The notes below the pieces were generated by a model. The model worked only from the letters and a program-made list of their open reading frames with translations, was not told where the DNA came from and ran no database searches. Below are positions 59,817 to 64,000 of a stretch of DNA of 64,000 nucleotides, one piece after another. The stretch's first letter is position 1. Each line of letters opens with the position of its first letter. This DNA comes from an uncultured Chloroflexia bacterium. Its GTDB lineage: Bacteria; Chloroflexota; Limnocylindria; Limnocylindrales; CSP1-4. The position numbers and the translations under genes were made by a program. Location of the stretch: assembly GCA_963823925.1 (NCBI GenBank), contig CAWGNI010000010.1, positions 279,424-343,423 on the forward strand, written 5' to 3'.

Positions 59817-62056
59817 CAGAGGTTCCCGGCGGGGACGACCGGATCGTCGTCGACGGGCGTCCGATCGCGTTCGAATCTGGGGATCCGGTCGCCATCGCCG
59901 TGCTGCGATCCGGCGATCACCCGGCCCGCGGCGGGACGCTATGCCTGGCCGGCGACTGTGGCAACTGCCTGGCGGAGGTCGATGGGATCACCTACGTCCG
60001 GACCTGCCAGGTCCAGGCCCGGCCGGGGCTCGTCGTCCGGCGCCATCCGGCGGCGGCGATGCCGGCGCTCCCCACGCTCACCGCGGCGGACGTCACCGCG
60101 AGCCCGGTCGTCCGCGCCATCGGCGTCGAGCGGGAGACCGTCGATGTCGCGGTGATCGGGGCGGGACGCGCCGGGAACGAGGCTGCCGCCCAGGCGGCGG
60201 CCGACGGTCGCCGGGTGCGGCTACTCGACGCGGGCCAGGGCGAAGAGGTCATGGGCGTCTATCCGGGCCCGATGGTCGTCGCCCGGACGCCCGGCGGCAT
60301 GCTCCACCTCGAGGCCCACGAGGTCGTCGTCGCGACCGGATCGGCGGAGATCCAACCGGTCTGTCCCGGTGATCACCTGGCGGGCCTCCTGACGGCGCGT
60401 GCGGCCGAGGCCGCCCATCGGGCGGGGGTCGACCTCGGTGTGGCGGTCGCGATCGGCACGCCGCCCGACGGCGTCCCGTGCACGGTCCTTGCCGGCCGGA
60501 TCGTCAGGTTCGAGCCAGGGTCGGACGATCCCGGCCGGGTCGGGAGCGTCGTGACGATCGACGACGCGGGCACGGAGCGTGCCGCTACCTGCGATACCGT
60601 CATCCTCGGCCTGGGTCGTGCCTCACGGGACGTCCTGGCGAGGATGGCCGACACGCGATCCGTCTCCGTCATCGGATCCGCTGCCGTCGATCACCCGCTC
60701 CCACCGCCGCCCGTCGACGGCGTCGTGTGCCGATGCATGGGCACGACCGTCGACGACCTCGACGGAGCCTGGCAGCACGGCTTCACGGAGCTCGAGCTGC
60801 TCAAGCGATCAAGCCGGGCCGGCCTCGGACCGTGCCAGGGTGGTGCCTGCCTGCCGCACGTTCGGTCCTGGATCGCCGCCAGGACGGGTGTCGTGCCCGA
60901 GCCATTCACGGCTCGACCGGCAGCCCGCCAGATCACCCTCGGCGAGGCGTCCGCCGATGCGTCGGTCGATGCCTTCCGGCGGACGCCGCTCCATGCCGAG
61001 CACCTGGCGCTCGGTGCGCGGATGGACCGGTTCGGGAACTGGTGGCGCCCGTGGCACTACGGGGACGTGGCCGCCGAGTACTGGGCGGTCCGCGAGGGTG
61101 TCTCGCTCGGCGACGTCAGCACGCTGGGCAAGCTGGTCGTGTCCGGGCCGGACGTCGTCGAACTGCTCGAGCGCCTCTATCCCTGTCACGTGGCCGACAT
61201 CAAGCCCGGTCGATCCCGCTATGCCCTGCTGCTCAACGAACGTGGACACGTGATGGATGACGGGATGATCGTGCGCGAATCCGAGGACCGCTTCGTCCTG
61301 TCATTCACGTCGGGCGGCGCGGCGAACGCCGAGATGTGGGTCCGCGACTGGATCGATACCTGGGGTCTCCGGGTCCACGTCCTCGATCGGACGATGTCGT
61401 TGGCGGCGATCAACGTCACCGGACCGCGCGCGCGCGGCCTGCTGATCCGGGCCGGCCTGGCCGATCCGCCTCGCTTCCTCGGCCACGTCCACGCCGACGT
61501 CGCCGGTGTCCCGTGTCACGTCATGCGCCTGTCGTTCACCGGCGAGGCCGCCTTCGAGCTCCACCATCCGGTCGACCGATCGGTCGAGCTCTGGCGGGCG
61601 CTCATGCGTCTTGGATCGGACCTCGGGATCCGTCCCCACGGGCTGCAGGCCCTGTTCGGTCTGCGACTCGAGAAGGGCCACGTCATCGTCGGGATGGATA
61701 CCGAACTCGACACGACGCCGCGCCGGCTGGGGATGGACTGGGCCGTCCGGATGGAGAAGCCCCGGTTCATCGGTCGCTCCGCGCTCGAACGGACCTCGAA
61801 GCTTCCCGACGAGCGGCGCTGGATGGGGTTCACCATGGATGGCGCTGCCCCCATCGAAGGCGCCCCGATCCGGGCCGACGGCGAGATCATCGGCAACGTG
61901 ACCGGCAGCTGGACCTCGCCGCTGCTCGGACGAGCGCTCGTCCTCGGATGGCAGCGTCGAACGCCGTACCGCGATCGGGTCGAGATCGACGGCCGCGAGG
62001 CGACCGTCAGCCCGACCCCGTTCTACGATCCGGAGGGCCACCGTGCGCGCGCTTGA
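59813..62056 (+). CDS. Sarcosine-oxidase-alpha-like protein (2Fe-2S, short Rossmann, BFD-like, GcvT domains), 747 aa
   Basis: CLAGDCGNC...VRTC, VAVIGAGRAG, VCRC...KRSSRAGLGPCQGGAC, RRTPLHAEH, DVSTLGK, MDDG and LRLEKGH. Confidence 0.85.
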   Translation: MTEVPGGDDRIVVDGRPIAFESGDPVAIAVLRSGDHPARGGTLCLAGDCGNCLAEVDGITYVRTCQVQARPGLVVRRHPAAAMPALPTLTAADVTASPVVRAIGVERETVDVAVIGAGRAGNEAAAQAAADGRRVRLLDAGQGEEVMGVYPGPMVVARTPGGMLHLEAHEVVVATGSAEIQPVCPGDHLAGLLTARAAEAAHRAGVDLGVAVAIGTPPDGVPCTVLAGRIVRFEPGSDDPGRVGSVVTIDDAGTERAATCDTVILGLGRASRDVLARMADTRSVSVIGSAAVDHPLPPPPVDGVVCRCMGTTVDDLDGAWQHGFTELELLKRSSRAGLGPCQGGACLPHVRSWIAARTGVVPEPFTARPAARQITLGEASADASVDAFRRTPLHAEHLALGARMDRFGNWWRPWHYGDVAAEYWAVREGVSLGDVSTLGKLVVSGPDVVELLERLYPCHVADIKPGRSRYALLLNERGHVMDDGMIVRESEDRFVLSFTSGGAANAEMWVRDWIDTWGLRVHVLDRTMSLAAINVTGPRARGLLIRAGLADPPRFLGHVHADVAGVPCHVMRLSFTGEAAFELHHPVDRSVELWRALMRLGSDLGIRPHGLQALFGLRLEKGHVIVGMDTELDTTPRRLGMDWAVRMEKPRFIGRSALERTSKLPDERRWMGFTMDGAAPIEGAPIRADGEIIGNVTGSWTSPLLGRALVLGWQRRTPYRDRVEIDGREATVSPTPFYDPEGHRARA

Positions 62057-62426
62057 ACGGCTCGTCGGTCTCCGCGTCGTGGCGGATCCCGCGGCCATCG
62101 ACGCGGCCCGCTGGCGTGGTGACGAGGTCACCGTCCTGCGGTTCGCCCCGGACGATGCGTTCGCCCTGGGGGCGTCGGGCGTCGAGGTCGACGATCCACT
62201 GGCCATCGTCGAGCACGAGGTCGGGTTCGCAGGCGCCCGGCTCTCCTCGACGGAGTTCGCCGAGATCATGGCCCACGTCGAGTGGCCGCTCCCCGCGGGC
62301 CGTCCGGCACTCGCGCAGGGCGCGATCGCCGGGGTCCCGGCGAAACTCTGGCTGGCGAACGACGGCGAGGCGATGCTCCTGGCGAACCTGGCCTACGCCG
62401 AGGAACTCGAGGGGCGGCTGCGATGA
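62043..62426 (+). CDS. Short sarcosine-oxidase-gamma-like protein
   Basis: LRFAPDDAF and AQGAIAGVPAKLW...LL...YAEEL resemble SoxG; overlaps both neighbours. Confidence 0.55.
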   Translation: MRALERLVGLRVVADPAAIDAARWRGDEVTVLRFAPDDAFALGASGVEVDDPLAIVEHEVGFAGARLSSTEFAEIMAHVEWPLPAGRPALAQGAIAGVPAKLWLANDGEAMLLANLAYAEELEGRLR

Positions 62427-63631
62427 GCGCGTTCGTCGACGACCTGCCGGCGATCCGCTGGCACGAGCCGCGGTCGAGCTATGACGTGGTCATCGTCGGC
62501 GGCGGCGGTCATGGCCTGGCGACCGCCTATTACCTCGCCACGCGCCACGGGATCACGAACGTCGCGGTCGTCGAAGCGGACTACATCGCCTCCGGCAACA
62601 CGGGCCGGAACACGACCATCATCCGGGCGAACTACGGGATCCCGGAGGCGGTCCGCTTCTACCAGCACTCGCTCGAGATGTATCAGACACTCGAGGATGA
62701 GGTCGGCGCCGCGATCCTCCACCAGACCAAGGGCATCTTCTGGGTCGCCCATACCGAGACGACCATGCGCACGGAGCGGGCGCGCTGCCTCGTCAACACG
62801 GCCTGTGGCGCGAAGACATCGATGGTCAGTCCGATCGAACTCAAGGAGCTGATCCCGGAGATCGACCTGACCGGCGGTGGTCGGTATCCGGTCCTCGGTG
62901 CGTCGCATCATGTCGAGGGCGCGACCGCGCGGCACGACCGGGTCGCCTGGGCCTACGCTGCCGGGGCATCGCAGCGGGGGGTGCATGTCATCCAGCATCG
63001 ACCGGTCACCGGGCTCATCCACGACGGCGACCGGATCGTCGGGGTCGACACCGAGGCTGGTCCGATCGCGGCCGGCCTGGTCCTGTCCGCCGTGGGTGGC
63101 CGGGTCACCCGAATGGCCGCCCATGCCGGGGTCCGTCTGCCGGTCCGGACCCATCCCCTCCACGCCTTCGTGACGAACGACTACGCCCAGGGGTTCGGAT
63201 CGATCCTCGCCAGCACGGAGCTGGCCTGCTATGTCTCGCAGACGGAGCGCGGCCAGATGCTCATCGGGGCCGAGTTCGACTCGCAGCCGTCGTATTCGCG
63301 CCAGTCGTCGTTCGCCGCACTGCGCAGCTATTCGTACAAGATCACCCGGCTCCTGCCATTCCTGCGGGACATGCGCATCCTGCGCTCGTGGGCGGGCAGT
63401 TGCGACATCTCAGCGGACTTCTCGCCGATCATGGGTGCGACCGGTGTCGATGGGTTCCTGATCACGACCGGATGGGGGACCTGGGGGTTCAAGGCGATCC
63501 CGGCCGGTGGGGAAGGGATGGCCGGCCTCATCGCCACGGGCCGGCCGCCGGACCTCATCGCCCCGTTCAGTCTCGACCGCTTCCGACGCGACCACGTGCT
63601 CGCCGACCAGGGCTCGGCGGGGACCCGCTGA
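62423..63631 (+). CDS. soxB: Sarcosine oxidase beta subunit family
   Basis: YDVVIVGGGGHGLATAYYLA, GNTGRNTTIIRANY, TARHDRVAWAYA (FMN-linked His) and GWGTWGFKAIP. Confidence 0.9.
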   Translation: MSAFVDDLPAIRWHEPRSSYDVVIVGGGGHGLATAYYLATRHGITNVAVVEADYIASGNTGRNTTIIRANYGIPEAVRFYQHSLEMYQTLEDEVGAAILHQTKGIFWVAHTETTMRTERARCLVNTACGAKTSMVSPIELKELIPEIDLTGGGRYPVLGASHHVEGATARHDRVAWAYAAGASQRGVHVIQHRPVTGLIHDGDRIVGVDTEAGPIAAGLVLSAVGGRVTRMAAHAGVRLPVRTHPLHAFVTNDYAQGFGSILASTELACYVSQTERGQMLIGAEFDSQPSYSRQSSFAALRSYSYKITRLLPFLRDMRILRSWAGSCDISADFSPIMGATGVDGFLITTGWGTWGFKAIPAGGEGMAGLIATGRPPDLIAPFSLDRFRRDHVLADQGSAGTR

Positions 63632-63876
63632 TGCTCTGGCTCCCCTGTCCGCACTGCGGCCGTCGGCCGATCGACGAGTTCACCTTCGGTGGCGAGCGCC
63701 GAGCCGTGCCGGACTGGATCACGGATCCCGACGAGCGGGACTTCGATGAGGTCTGGAACTTCGAGAACCCGGACACCGAGACCACCGAGCGCTGGTTCCA
63801 CGCCTTCGGTTGCCGGCGCTGGCTGACCGTCCGGCGCGATACCACGAGCGACACCGTCCTGGAGGTCACGACGTGA
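63631..63876 (+). CDS. soxD: Sarcosine oxidase delta subunit
   Basis: CPHCGRRPIDEF and WFHAFGCRRW (Cys3His zinc site), RDT. Confidence 0.92.
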   Translation: MLWLPCPHCGRRPIDEFTFGGERRAVPDWITDPDERDFDEVWNFENPDTETTERWFHAFGCRRWLTVRRDTTSDTVLEVTT

Positions 63877-64000
63877 CCGGTCTGGCCGACCGGCGGTTCG
63901 AGATGGTCCTGCGCAACCGCGTGCTGTTCGGGGTCGGTGCCGTCACCCGGTTGCCCGAGGTGATCATCGCGGCCGGTGGCTCGCGCGTCTTTCTCGTCAC
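63873..64000 (+). CDS. 5' part of a probable iron-containing alcohol dehydrogenase (partial)
   Basis: The GTG overlaps the soxD stop. RVLFGVGAVTRLPEVI...GSRVFLVT is the typical Fe-ADH N-terminus. Confidence 0.7.
   Translation, partial: MTGLADRRFEMVLRNRVLFGVGAVTRLPEVIIAAGGSRVFLV

Overview
A 64 kb high-GC chromosomal window with dense housekeeping and catabolic genes. By eye, gene content and promoter style resemble Actinomycetota or Chloroflexota; taxonomy is not verified. I found no rRNA, tRNA, CRISPR array or mobile element. From left to right: (1) a suf tail (probable sufC, sufS, sufU) interrupted by a divergent HesB-like/MarR pair, then a 17-aa CRC peptide and a strong hairpin ahead of a MoeZ-CysO-CysM-Mec cysteine-synthesis operon; (2) a Usp gene and an ECF transporter operon led by a shikimate-kinase-like gene and a nucleoside hydrolase; (3) purKE and assorted singletons; (4) a dispersed GlnA4-type gamma-glutamylation trio (GS-like, SDR, ALDH) interleaved with ankyrin, ppgK and TrkA-channel genes; (5) fumC, a flavin reductase, a 5'-truncated ComB-like remnant and a phenylacetate cluster (paaF, G, R, A, B, C, D, H, J; no paaE) with a PaaR-type operator; (6) iscA, a LON-domain gene, a molybdo-oxidoreductase and a GT2/flippase pair; (7) a ~23 kb putative N-methylated-amine (betaine) catabolic island. 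The island holds two old-yellow-enzyme-type flavoproteins, two pyrrolysine-free MttB-family methyltransferases with no corrinoid partner in view, a peptide-type ABC importer, an enolase-superfamily enzyme, an ALDH, a dimethylglycine-dehydrogenase-like protein, and a sarcosine-oxidase-like complex in permuted order whose alpha subunit is short and carries Fe-S cysteine motifs. About 15 genes in the first 46.5 kb carry single-base frameshifts, most likely long-read consensus errors. All assignments come from motif recognition by eye; no database search was run.
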